Assembly: GCA_035765105.1 (NCBI GenBank)
Contig: DASTYG010000107.1
Location: 16,504 to 80,503 of the forward strand
DNA from: Glycomyces sp.
GTDB taxonomy: Bacteria > Actinomycetota > Actinomycetes > Mycobacteriales > Micromonosporaceae
Direction of reading: 5' to 3'
Length of the DNA: 64,000 nt
Shown here: piece after piece, positions 48,364 through 57,100 of the stretch
Position numbering within the stretch: position 1 is the first letter of the stretch
Layout of the letters: each line of letters opens with the position of its first letter
Made by a program: the position numbers and the translations under genes
The notes under the pieces: model-generated
What the model was told of the DNA's origin: nothing
The model's input: the letters and a program-made list of their open reading frames with translations, nothing else
Databases searched by the model: none

Positions 48364-48372
48364 GGGGCCGTC

Positions 48373-49014
48373 ATGGGAGTCTCGAAACGCCGCACGAGCA
48401 AAGCCACCAAGAGGATCACCAGACCCACGATCAACCAGCTGCTCAAGGGCCGCAAACTCACGTACAAGCCCAAGGGGCACGTCGACCGGCCCCGCTTCAA
48501 GAAGGTCACCACAGACGGCTTCACCGATGTGCCCAAGCCCTACAAGAAGAACGGCAAGTGGGTCCTTCACGTCAAGCGCCACGACGGCTGGAACAAGAAG
48601 GACTACCGCGCCAAGGTCGACTCGATGAAGCAGGCCGGCAAGGCCGGGAAGCTCAAGTACGTCAAGAACACGAAGGCGAAGCGCACGGGCGCCCAGGGCC
48701 AGAAGCGCGATCTCGAAGAGCGGAAGGCGGTCGCGGAGGCCACCCGGATCGAGGACAGAGGCAAGCCGGACAGCGCGCAGAAGTGGCTCGACGAGCGGTT
48801 GCGGACCCTGGACGCCCAGGAGGCCGACCATGACATCGAACTGCAGATCGACGGCAAGGACGAACTGGCGAACCTGAAGATGATCGACGCGGCCACCAAC
48901 CACGGCATGGGCGGCCAGCTGCGAAATCAGATCCTCAAAGCGATCGATGGCGGCATGAAACCCGGTGATCTCATCGAGATCAAGGAAGTCCCCGGCCTGC
49001 TCTCCAACAAGTAA
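48373..49014 (+). CDS. Lys-rich protein with a C-terminal HNH/His-Me-finger-like nuclease toxin motif
   Basis: EADHDIELQIDGKDELANLKMIDAATNHGMG fits DH-x8-G-x5-NL-x7-N of HNH folds. The N-terminal half is very basic. It is in frame with the upstream ORF, 3 codons after its TAG. Confidence 0.6.
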   Translation: MGVSKRRTSKATKRITRPTINQLLKGRKLTYKPKGHVDRPRFKKVTTDGFTDVPKPYKKNGKWVLHVKRHDGWNKKDYRAKVDSMKQAGKAGKLKYVKNTKAKRTGAQGQKRDLEERKAVAEATRIEDRGKPDSAQKWLDERLRTLDAQEADHDIELQIDGKDELANLKMIDAATNHGMGGQLRNQILKAIDGGMKPGDLIEIKEVPGLLSNK

Positions 49015-49051
49015 CGTATTGGCGGTATCCGGCTTCCGCTGAAAGGAAACG

Positions 49052-49699
49052 ATGAACACCGACTTCGGGCGGATCAGGGCGAAGGTCGATTACCTCCTCG
49101 CCCGCGACGACGTCGCCCTGCCCCCCAACGTGAGGGCTGAATGGGACCCTGAAGGGCTCGGCGGTCCGCTCGCCGACCAGGGCCGCGAACCGGCCGATCG
49201 CCTGCTCGACGCCCTCGCCGACCGCCACCTGGGCCAGCTGGTCTTCTTCGGGGAGGACGACCGCTACGAGCGGCTCGTGGACGAGTCGGAGACGGCTTGG
49301 GACGGCGGGCACGACTGGGTCTGCATCGGCGAGTCCGAACTCGCCACCACCACGGCCCTCCTCCTCCACACCAGCACCGGGGCCGTGGTCCTGTACGACT
49401 CCGACGCATGGGACTGGGAACTGAAGGACAATTTCATCCTCGTCAAGGACTCCCTCACCGCATTCGTCGACGAGGTCGCTCTGGGCACCGACTACCGCCG
49501 CCTGTACTACCAGAACTGGGCGGAGCTGGCCGCTGTCATGGAATCGGACGACCTCGAGTTTCCGGGTGTCTACAGGGACCCTTGGTACCATCTGCTCCGA
49601 GAAATGCAAGCGGACCTCTTCGGCGGGCAGGCCGTCGCAGGGAGCAGGCGGCGGGAGCTCCTCCGCCGGATCGAGGAACACCACGAGGACTGGGACTGA
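49052..49699 (+). CDS. SUKH-superfamily (SMI1/KNR4-like) immunity protein candidate
   Basis: Acidic 215-aa protein directly after the toxin. The pattern ...LLLHTSTGAVVLYDSD...VKDSLTAFVDEVALG resembles SUKH C-terminal motifs. Confidence 0.55.
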   Translation: MNTDFGRIRAKVDYLLARDDVALPPNVRAEWDPEGLGGPLADQGREPADRLLDALADRHLGQLVFFGEDDRYERLVDESETAWDGGHDWVCIGESELATTTALLLHTSTGAVVLYDSDAWDWELKDNFILVKDSLTAFVDEVALGTDYRRLYYQNWAELAAVMESDDLEFPGVYRDPWYHLLREMQADLFGGQAVAGSRRRELLRRIEEHHEDWD

Positions 49700-49740
49700 T
49701 CCCCGTCCGCGGTCCCGACGAGAGCTGAATCGAGGTTCAC

Positions 49741-50271
49741 ATGCCGACCCGTGAGGAATACCTGCAACTGTGGGGCGATGACAACACCGTCGCCGTCCCC
49801 TTGGACGAGTGGAAGTCCGAGTACTCGGCCCCGGCCGAGACCTGGCCGGAGGTGGACCTGCTCCCCGTCGACATGTCGGTGGCCTTCACCTCCTACCTCG
49901 ACGGCCAGTACGAGCTGTTCGCCCAGTTCGAGGTCCGTTATGAGGAGGAGGGCGACTCCCAGACGTTCATCGTCCTCGGCAAGCTGCCCCACACGGAGAC
50001 CTCGTTCTTCGTGCTGGACCCGGACACCGGCGTCATCCACCTCATGGACCCCTCGGACATGACCCTCGAGGAGGTGAACGCCTCCTACGCGGTGTTCGTG
50101 CGGTTCCTCTACCGCTTCGCGCAGTTCGTGGAGGCGGACGAGGGCGAGGAGACCCGCCCCGCCCGGGCCGAGGTCCTGGAGAAGGAGCTGAAGGCCGTGG
50201 ACGCCAGTGCGTTCGCACAGCGCGACAACTGGTGGAGCATGGTCATCCTGCTGCTGAAGGACGAGCTCTAG
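49741..50271 (+). CDS. SUKH-4-like immunity protein
   Basis: FIVLGKLP...FFVLDPDTGVIHLMD...VNASYAVFVRFLYRF; shares the VN(A/S)SY..FV.FL..F motif with the next ORF. Confidence 0.6.
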   Translation: MPTREEYLQLWGDDNTVAVPLDEWKSEYSAPAETWPEVDLLPVDMSVAFTSYLDGQYELFAQFEVRYEEEGDSQTFIVLGKLPHTETSFFVLDPDTGVIHLMDPSDMTLEEVNASYAVFVRFLYRFAQFVEADEGEETRPARAEVLEKELKAVDASAFAQRDNWWSMVILLLKDEL

Positions 50272-50274
50272 CCG

Positions 50275-50805
50275 ATGGAGCTGTCAGACAAGACCGCGTT
50301 CGTGTGGACGCCCGAGGACCTCATGGAGATGCCGCGCCGGGGCCTGGTCGACCTCGGCGTGCCGAACGACAGGCTTCCCGACGAGGACTGGGTCCCCCGG
50401 CGTCTGGCGGGGCTCTACGACGCGGACGCGATCCCCGAGCCGCTCGGCCCCTTCTCCGTGTTCCAGTTGCAGGCGGGAGCGACGACGATCGACACCAAGT
50501 TGGTGCTGCTCGGCGTCGTCCCCGGTGCCCCCGACCTCATGTACGTCATCGACTCCTCGACCGCTGAGGTATTGCAGTTCGACCGGCGCTCCAATGGCGT
50601 CCGCGGCGTGAACTCCTCATACCGGTGGTTCGTCGAGTTCCTCTGGCAGTTCGAGGCCGCGAAGAAGCAGCACGGTACGGACCGCGTCGCCGATGTCCTC
50701 AATCCGGCCCTCAAAGCGACGCTGGGCGGCGTGGACCCCTTCGCCTTCCAACCGGAGCAGTGGTGGCCCGGCGTCTGGAGCGAACTGGGCCGATCCCCCG
50801 AGTGA
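50275..50805 (+). CDS. SUKH-4-like immunity protein (paralog of the previous ORF)
   Basis: LVLLGVVP...MYVIDSSTAEVLQFD...VNSSYRWFVEFLWQF; starts 3 nt after the previous stop. Confidence 0.6.
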   Translation: MELSDKTAFVWTPEDLMEMPRRGLVDLGVPNDRLPDEDWVPRRLAGLYDADAIPEPLGPFSVFQLQAGATTIDTKLVLLGVVPGAPDLMYVIDSSTAEVLQFDRRSNGVRGVNSSYRWFVEFLWQFEAAKKQHGTDRVADVLNPALKATLGGVDPFAFQPEQWWPGVWSELGRSPE

Positions 50806-51197
50806 CATCCGGTTCCCCGACCCCTACGGCGTTCTGACCGGTGCTATGGAAAGCGGCGGTCCGATTCCGAATCGGTTCCAGTCTGAGCACGGTGTTTTCC
50901 ATGATGGAGTGACATGTCCAGGATCGGCGGCTTTGGTGGTCGTCCGTTCAGTCCCGGGTTCAGCCCGCTCAGGCGATGACCGCCGCAGGTGAACCCCGAT
51001 AGCCTGCAACTGGTAATTCATCGGTTCCGTTCGACAGGACGACCGGCGGAGGCCATCCGGCGCGGTGATCCGCCCGGCGGCGCCGTCGCCCGACTCCTCC
51101 CGCGGCCCTCCCCGGTCGTGTCCTGTCCGCAATGCGGCCGGTCCTTCGCGACCGTTTCGTGACCGACCACTGTGCCGTATGCCCAGGGAGACTCCTC

Positions 51198-52217
51198 ATG
51201 CCATTCAAGAAGCTATTGGTCCGGCTCGTTCCGGCGCTGGTAGCGGCGATCGTCATCGCCACCCCGACCGCGGCCCGCGCCGAGACGCGGACCGTCCCCC
51301 TCAACCCCGTCGACCTGTTCACCTACGCCGACGACTTCGGCGCCCAGTCCTGCGAGCACGTGGCGGACGGCCCCTTCGCCGACCGGGACGCGTGGGTCTT
51401 CGAGCTCTCGCGCTCGGCCGGCGGCGACGCCAGGTTCCAGTCGCTCCGCGCCGTCTATTTCGACTTCGGATGGTTCATCCCGATCCCGCGCTCGGTCGAG
51501 GCGACGATCATCGCCGACGGCGAGCTGGCCGTGGCCACCACCGGCCAGGGCTGGCAGCTCGCCGCCGGGACGGCCATGGTGAAGGACGCGAGCCGCCTGG
51601 CGACCTTCAAGCTCCTGCACACCTGCCCGGCGGGCGAGCCGTCCGGGCCGCCGGTCGACCCGACCGAACCGCCCGAGGAGACCACCGAGCCTCCGGCGAC
51701 CACCGGCCCGCCGACCGAGCCCACCGAGCCTCCAGAGGAGACGACGGCACCGCCGGTCGAGACCACCGAGCCGCCCGAGGAGACCACCGAACCCCCGGCC
51801 GAGACCACCGAGCCTCCAGAAGAGGCGACCTCCGAGCCACCGGCGACCACCGCCCCTCCCGAGGAGGAGACCACCGATCCGGCGGAGGCGACCACGGACC
51901 CAGCCGAGGAGACGACCGAACCCGAGGAGACGACCACCGAGCCCGGCGAGGCCACCACCGAACCCGAGGAGACCACCGAACCGGCCGAGGCGACCACGGA
52001 GCCGACCGACCCGGCCTCCTCCGACCCGGCCGAGGCGAGCGCTTCGCCCGCAGAGGACGCCGCCGCACCCGACGAGGCGAGCACGACCCCCGCCGGGCAC
52101 GCCGACGTCCTCCCGGTCACCGGCCTGACCCTCACCTACTTCACTCTGGCCGCAGCTGTGCTCATCGTGGGCGGTTTCGGCGCCCTGCTCCTGGCGAGGC
52201 GCCGCAACGCCGCATGA
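51198..52217 (+). CDS. LPXTG-anchored cell-wall surface protein with an acidic Thr/Glu/Pro repeat stalk
   Basis: Signal peptide MPFKKLLVRLVPALVAAIVIATPTAARA. Globular N-domain. About 120 aa of TEPPEETT-type repeats. LPVTG sorting motif, then a TM helix and RRRNAA tail. Confidence 0.85.
   Translation: MPFKKLLVRLVPALVAAIVIATPTAARAETRTVPLNPVDLFTYADDFGAQSCEHVADGPFADRDAWVFELSRSAGGDARFQSLRAVYFDFGWFIPIPRSVEATIIADGELAVATTGQGWQLAAGTAMVKDASRLATFKLLHTCPAGEPSGPPVDPTEPPEETTEPPATTGPPTEPTEPPEETTAPPVETTEPPEETTEPPAETTEPPEEATSEPPATTAPPEEETTDPAEATTDPAEETTEPEETTTEPGEATTEPEETTEPAEATTEPTDPASSDPAEASASPAEDAAAPDEASTTPAGHADVLPVTGLTLTYFTLAAAVLIVGGFGALLLARRRNAA
51652..52012 (+). repeat. Imperfect in-frame tandem repeats encoding (T/E)EPPEETT units
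   Basis: Reiterated gagaccaccgagcc(g/t)cc(c/a)ga(g/a)gag units are visible in the nucleotide sequence; they are coding, not CRISPR. The boundaries are approximate. Confidence 0.7.
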
Positions 52218-52237
52218 TGTAGCACCGGCAGGTGGGC

Positions 52238-52270
52238 AAGGTCCCGGCGCGACCCCCGCGCCGGGACCTT
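52238..52270. terminator. Bidirectional hairpin between convergent genes (14-bp stem)
   Basis: AAGGTCCCGGCGCG-ACCCC-CGCGCCGGGACCTT followed by TTCTC. It lies between the LPXTG gene stop and the kinase gene stop. Confidence 0.65.
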
Positions 52271-52294
52271 TCTCACCGCTCGCTCCAGGCCAGC

Positions 52295-53929
52295 TCAGCC
52301 CTCGAAGACGAGGTCGTACAGGGCGACGCCCTGCGCCGCCAGATACTCGGCCTCGGCGTCCGATCCGTCGTCGATGCTGGTCAGCGGGGTGACCCACGCG
52401 ACCACGTCGTCCTTGTACCAGGCCATCTCGAGGTGTCCCGAGGGCTCGATGACGGCGCCCTTCGTCCAGGGCCGCTCAGTGGACTCCCCGTAGGGAAGCG
52501 GCGCGGGGGCGACGCCGTCGCAGCCTTCGAGATGGCAGACGCTCAGCGAGCCCCCGGTCGCATCGTTGTTGCGCCCCACCGTGGCCAACAGCGAGGTCGG
52601 CATTCCCCGGTCGTCGGCCACCATGATGGAGCACGAGGCGAACTCGCTGTCGTTGTCCTCGCCCTCCTCGTAGTGGACCAGGGACGAGCCCGGACCGACG
52701 AGGTCCAGCATGCCCTGTACGTCGACCGCGCCGCAGACCTCGGCGGGAATCGCCGTCGACGCCTCCTCGGCCTCGTCGGCGTCTGCGGCCTCCTCGCCGG
52801 TATCGTCCGACGGCCCGTCGCCGCCATCGGCGATGACCGGGTCCTCACCGGAGCCGGTATCGTCGCCGCCCGAGGCGGCCATGATCCATATCGGAACGAT
52901 GACGGCCAGGGCCGCCACCGCGACGATCGCCGCGATCGCGACGTTCCGCAAACCGGTCCGGGCCGCCCGCGGCGGCGCCGGCACGGGGTGCTGGAACGCC
53001 AGCGTCGGACCGTTGTCCACCAGCGTGGGCTGCGGCGACACCGCCAGCAGGCCCCCGATCGCGGCCTCCTGGCCTCCCGCATGCGCCCGCACGGCCTCCG
53101 GCGGCGCCGGGTCCGCCTCCCCGCCCTCCTCCAGGAGCCGCCGCAGTTCCGGCGGCGAGGGCCGCTCCGCCGGGTCCTTGGCCAGGCAGCGCTCGATGAC
53201 CTCCCGCAGCGAGGCGGGCACGCCCTCCAGGTCCGGCGGCGTGTGCACGATCCGGTAGAGCACCTGCGGTATCGACGGGCCCTCGAACGGGGCCCGCCCC
53301 GAGGCCGCCGTGGCGAGCAGGCACCCCAGACTGAACACGTCGGACTGCTCCGTCAACTCCTTCGCCTCCGCCTGCTCGGGCGACATGTACCCCGGCGACC
53401 CGATCACCCCGCCGGTCCGCGTCAGGGCCGTGCTCGTCGAGTAGTCCACGGCCCGCGAGACCCCGAAGTCCAACAGCTGTGCCCCGGCCGCCGACAGCAG
53501 CACGTTCGAGGGCTTGACGTCGCGGTGGATCAGTCCAGCACTGTGGACGTCGCCCAGCGCCGAGGCGAGGTCCATGCCGATGCTCCGCACGTACGCCTCC
53601 GGGAGCGGGCCGCTCGCCTCCACCGCCTCGACCAGCGTGGGACCGGGCACGAACGCCGTCGCCGACCACGGCTCGCCGGAGGCGGCGTCGGCGTCCACCA
53701 CCCGCACGGTGTGCGCCCCGGCGACCTTCCGCGCAGCCGCCACCTCCAGGGCGAAGCGCTGCCGGAAACCGGGATCGCCCGCCAAATGGGGGAGGATGCG
53801 CTTGACCGCCACGCGCCGCCCGTCGGGCCCGACGGCGAGATACACGCGGCCCATGCCGCCCTCGCCGAGCAGCGCGAGGACGCGGTAGCGCCCGACGAGA
53901 CACGGATCGTTCGGACCCAGAGGCAGCAT
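52295..53929 (-). CDS. Hanks-type Ser/Thr protein kinase with a TM helix and an extracellular sensor domain
   Basis: Motifs GEGGMGRVY, VAVKR, HRDVKPSNVLL, DFG and SPEQ, then a TM helix (VAIAAIVAVAALAVIVPIWIM) and a ~190-aa Cys-containing ectodomain. Confidence 0.9.
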   Translation of the reverse strand: MLPLGPNDPCLVGRYRVLALLGEGGMGRVYLAVGPDGRRVAVKRILPHLAGDPGFRQRFALEVAAARKVAGAHTVRVVDADAASGEPWSATAFVPGPTLVEAVEASGPLPEAYVRSIGMDLASALGDVHSAGLIHRDVKPSNVLLSAAGAQLLDFGVSRAVDYSTSTALTRTGGVIGSPGYMSPEQAEAKELTEQSDVFSLGCLLATAASGRAPFEGPSIPQVLYRIVHTPPDLEGVPASLREVIERCLAKDPAERPSPPELRRLLEEGGEADPAPPEAVRAHAGGQEAAIGGLLAVSPQPTLVDNGPTLAFQHPVPAPPRAARTGLRNVAIAAIVAVAALAVIVPIWIMAASGGDDTGSGEDPVIADGGDGPSDDTGEEAADADEAEEASTAIPAEVCGAVDVQGMLDLVGPGSSLVHYEEGEDNDSEFASCSIMVADDRGMPTSLLATVGRNNDATGGSLSVCHLEGCDGVAPAPLPYGESTERPWTKGAVIEPSGHLEMAWYKDDVVAWVTPLTSIDDGSDAEAEYLAAQGVALYDLVFEG

Positions 53930-54168
53930 GGAAGGCTCCTTCGCTTGCGGGACGGCGGCACCCGCGGCGCACCGCGCCGCAGGCCCCTACGGTGGCCCCG
54001 CCGATCCCGGGCCGGTCCCCGATCCGTCCCGCGCCCGCCGCGGCGACCGTGACCGCGCCGTTGCCTCAGGTAGCGGGCCGATCGTCGCGCCACCGGCGTT
54101 GATAATCTCGTACCGCGCCGTTGGGGGAGACGAACCGCTCACGAACACCGCTACCCGGGAGGCCCTTC

Positions 54169-57100
54169 ATGTCCGTCGAGCAGACCACCGACCGCGTCGG
54201 CGTCCCCTCGGTCGGCGACCGGGTGGAGGTCCGCGACTCCCGCTGGATCGTCGCCGACGTCGACGCCTCCGGTACCGACACCGTCGTGGAGCTGGGCAGC
54301 CTCGCCGACGACGCGTTCGGCGAGACCCTCCGCCTCGTCTGGGAACTCGAACCGGGCCGCCGTCTCCTGCCCGCCTCGGGCCTGCCCGAGGTCCGCCAGG
54401 GCGCCTTCGACAAGCCCGGCCAGCTCGCCGCCTTCCTCGACGCCATGCGCTGGTCCGCGCTCACCAGCGCCGACACCCGCTCCCTCCAGGCGCCCTTCCG
54501 CTCTGGCGCCGACATCAAGCTCTACCAGCTCGAACCGGTGTGGCGCTCCCTCTCCGCCCCCAGGGTCAACCAGCTGCTGGCCGATGACGTAGGTCTGGGG
54601 AAGACCGTCGAAGCCGGGCTCGTGGCCAGCGAGCTGATCCTGCGCCACCGCGCCGAACGGGTCATGATCGTCTGTCCCGCCGGGCTCACCACCAAATGGC
54701 AGAGCGAGATGTTCGATCTGTTCGGCCTGCGCTTCACCATCGTCAACGCCCAGACCTACACCGATCTGCGCCGCGAGCGCGGCAACGGCGCCAACCCCTT
54801 CGAGGTCTACCGGCACACCATCGTCTCGCTCCCGTGGCTGCGCGGCCCCAAGGCCGAGCGGCTCCTGTTCGGCGAGCTCCTGCGCGGCGCCGAAGACGCG
54901 GCGCGCCCGTTCTTCGATCTGCTCATCCTCGACGAGGCCCACCACATCGCCCCCGCCGCCCCGAAGCAGCGCTACGCGGTGGACTCCCAGCAGACCCGGA
55001 CCATGCGCGCCCTGGCCCGCCATTTCACGCACCGCCTGTTCCTGTCGGCCACCCCGCACAACGGCTACCCCGAGTCGTTCACCGCGCTGTTGGAGATCCT
55101 CGACCCGGCCCGCTTTGCCCGCGGCGTGCCGCCCTCCCCTGCGGCGCAGGAGGAAGTGGTCATCCGGCGGCTCAAGTCCTCGATCATCGGCTCCGACGGC
55201 CGCCCTGAGTTCCCCCGCCGCGTCGTCCGCGATCTGCCGCTCGACTACTCGGACGGCGAGCTCGCCGTGCACCGCCTGTTCAGCGAGTTCACCGAGGCCC
55301 GCCGCACCAGGCGCGCCAAGGGCAGAAGAGGCCGCGCCGCCGCCGACCTCGTGACGCTCCTGCTGAAGAAGCGCCTGCTGTCGAGCCCGCAGGCGTTCGC
55401 CAACACCTACGCCGCCTACGCCGGGGCCCGCCCCGCCTCGCCCGCGGCCGCCAGCGACGCCGTCCCCGGCTTCTTCGACGACTTCCTCGACGAGACCGCC
55501 GTCCTCGACGACGAGGAGCTCTACGAGTACGAAGAGGACGGCCTGCGCCGCTCGGCCGGCTACGAGGAGCGCCTCGACCCCGCCGAGCACGCCCTGCTCG
55601 CCCAGGTCGACGACTGGGCGCGGCAGCACCTGGCCGTCCCCGACACCAAGGCCGCCGCCCTCCTCGGATTCCTCACCGCCACGTGCAAGGCGGGCGGCAA
55701 GTGGGGACCGGACCGCGTGGTGGTCTTCACCGAGTACCGCGACACCCTCCACTGGCTCCACGAGCTCCTGGCCTCCCAGGGCTTCGGCGGCGACCGCGTG
55801 GCGCTCCTCCACGGCGGCATGGACGTCGATGACCGCGAGCAGATCCGCCTGGCCTTCCAGGCCGACCCGTCCGAGCACCCCCTGCGCGTCCTCCTCGCCA
55901 CCGACGCCGCGGGGGAGGGCATCGACCTCCAGAACCACTGCCACCGCCTCGTGAATTACGACATCCCGTTCAACCCCAACAAGCTCGAGCAGCGCGCCGG
56001 GCGCATCGACCGCTACGGCCAGCGCCACAGCCCCGAGATCTACAACTTCATTCCGGCCGACACCGCCCAGAACTCGGCCTTCAAGGGCGAGATCGAGTTC
56101 CTCGCCCGCGTGGCCGTCAAAGTGAGCCAGATGCACTCCGACCTCGGCTCGGTCAACCCCGTGCTCGCCGACGCGCTCCAGAAGCGCCTCACCGGCGACG
56201 CCTCCGTGGCCGATGTGGACGCCCTCGCCGACCGGGCCGCCGCCCGCGGCCGTAAGGCCGGGGACGTCAAGGCCGCCGCGAACGTCTCCGAACAGGTCGA
56301 ACGCCTCGGCGAGACCTACGACAACAGCGTGGCCGAACTCCACCTCTACCCCGAGCGCATCCGCCGCGTCGTGGACACCGCGCTGGACCTGGCCCACCAG
56401 ATGCCCCTCAAGCCCTCGGCCACCGGTCCCGCAGAGTTCGAGGTCCCGGTGATGACCGGCGAATGGGTCCGCACCACCGAGGGCCTGGTCACGCCGTTCG
56501 TTCCCGAAGGGGAGGAGCCGCGTCAGCGGCCGGTCACCTTCGACCCGCTCGTGGCGCAGGGCCGCGACGACGTGGTCCTGGCGCACCTCTCGCACCCGCT
56601 GGTGGACATGTCCGCGCGGCTCCTGAGGGCCGCCGCCGACTCCGACCGCGTGGACCTCCACCGCGTCACCGCAGTGGTCGGCCCCGACACCCTCGAAGAC
56701 GTGTTCGTCGCCGCCTACGCGAAGTACACGCTCACCGGCGCCGACTCGACCCGCCTGCACCAGGAGATCATGGCCGTGGGCGGCTGGCTCGACTCCCGCA
56801 CCGGCCGCTTCCGCCGCCTGGAGAACCTCACCCGCACCGCCGAGATCCTCGACGCCGCACTGGATCAGGGCAGGGAAGCCGGGCCGGGAGCCCGGCTCCG
56901 CCTCGCCGAACGCTGGACCGAGGCCGACCGGGGCCTGCGGGCCGCCCTCGAATGGCGCACCGCCGCCCGCAGCGAATCCCTCGAACGCCTGCTGGAACGC
57001 CGCGTCGCCGAGGAGCAGGACCGCATCCGCAGCGACTACGAGCAGTTCCGCGCCTCCCTCGAAGAGGCCGTCAGGGGCCGCAAGGCCGCCGAGGACGAAC

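Noticed and set aside
50806-51197. A 390-bp gene-free gap after the immunity genes, examined for a tRNA, an att site, a riboswitch or a small ORF (for example MESGGPIPNRF... at 50845-50992).
   Set aside because: No cloverleaf-compatible arms, no T-loop GGTTCGAATCC-like box and no convincing codon bias or RBS were found. It may be a degraded remnant, but nothing in the sequence supports a call.
51652-52012. Tandem repeats here, the PEPEPE-coding repeats at about 41440-41530 and the PTDP linker repeats at about 46430-46480, considered as possible CRISPR or non-coding repeat arrays.
   Set aside because: All are in-frame, imperfect low-complexity coding repeats inside well-supported ORFs, and none has a unique-spacer structure.
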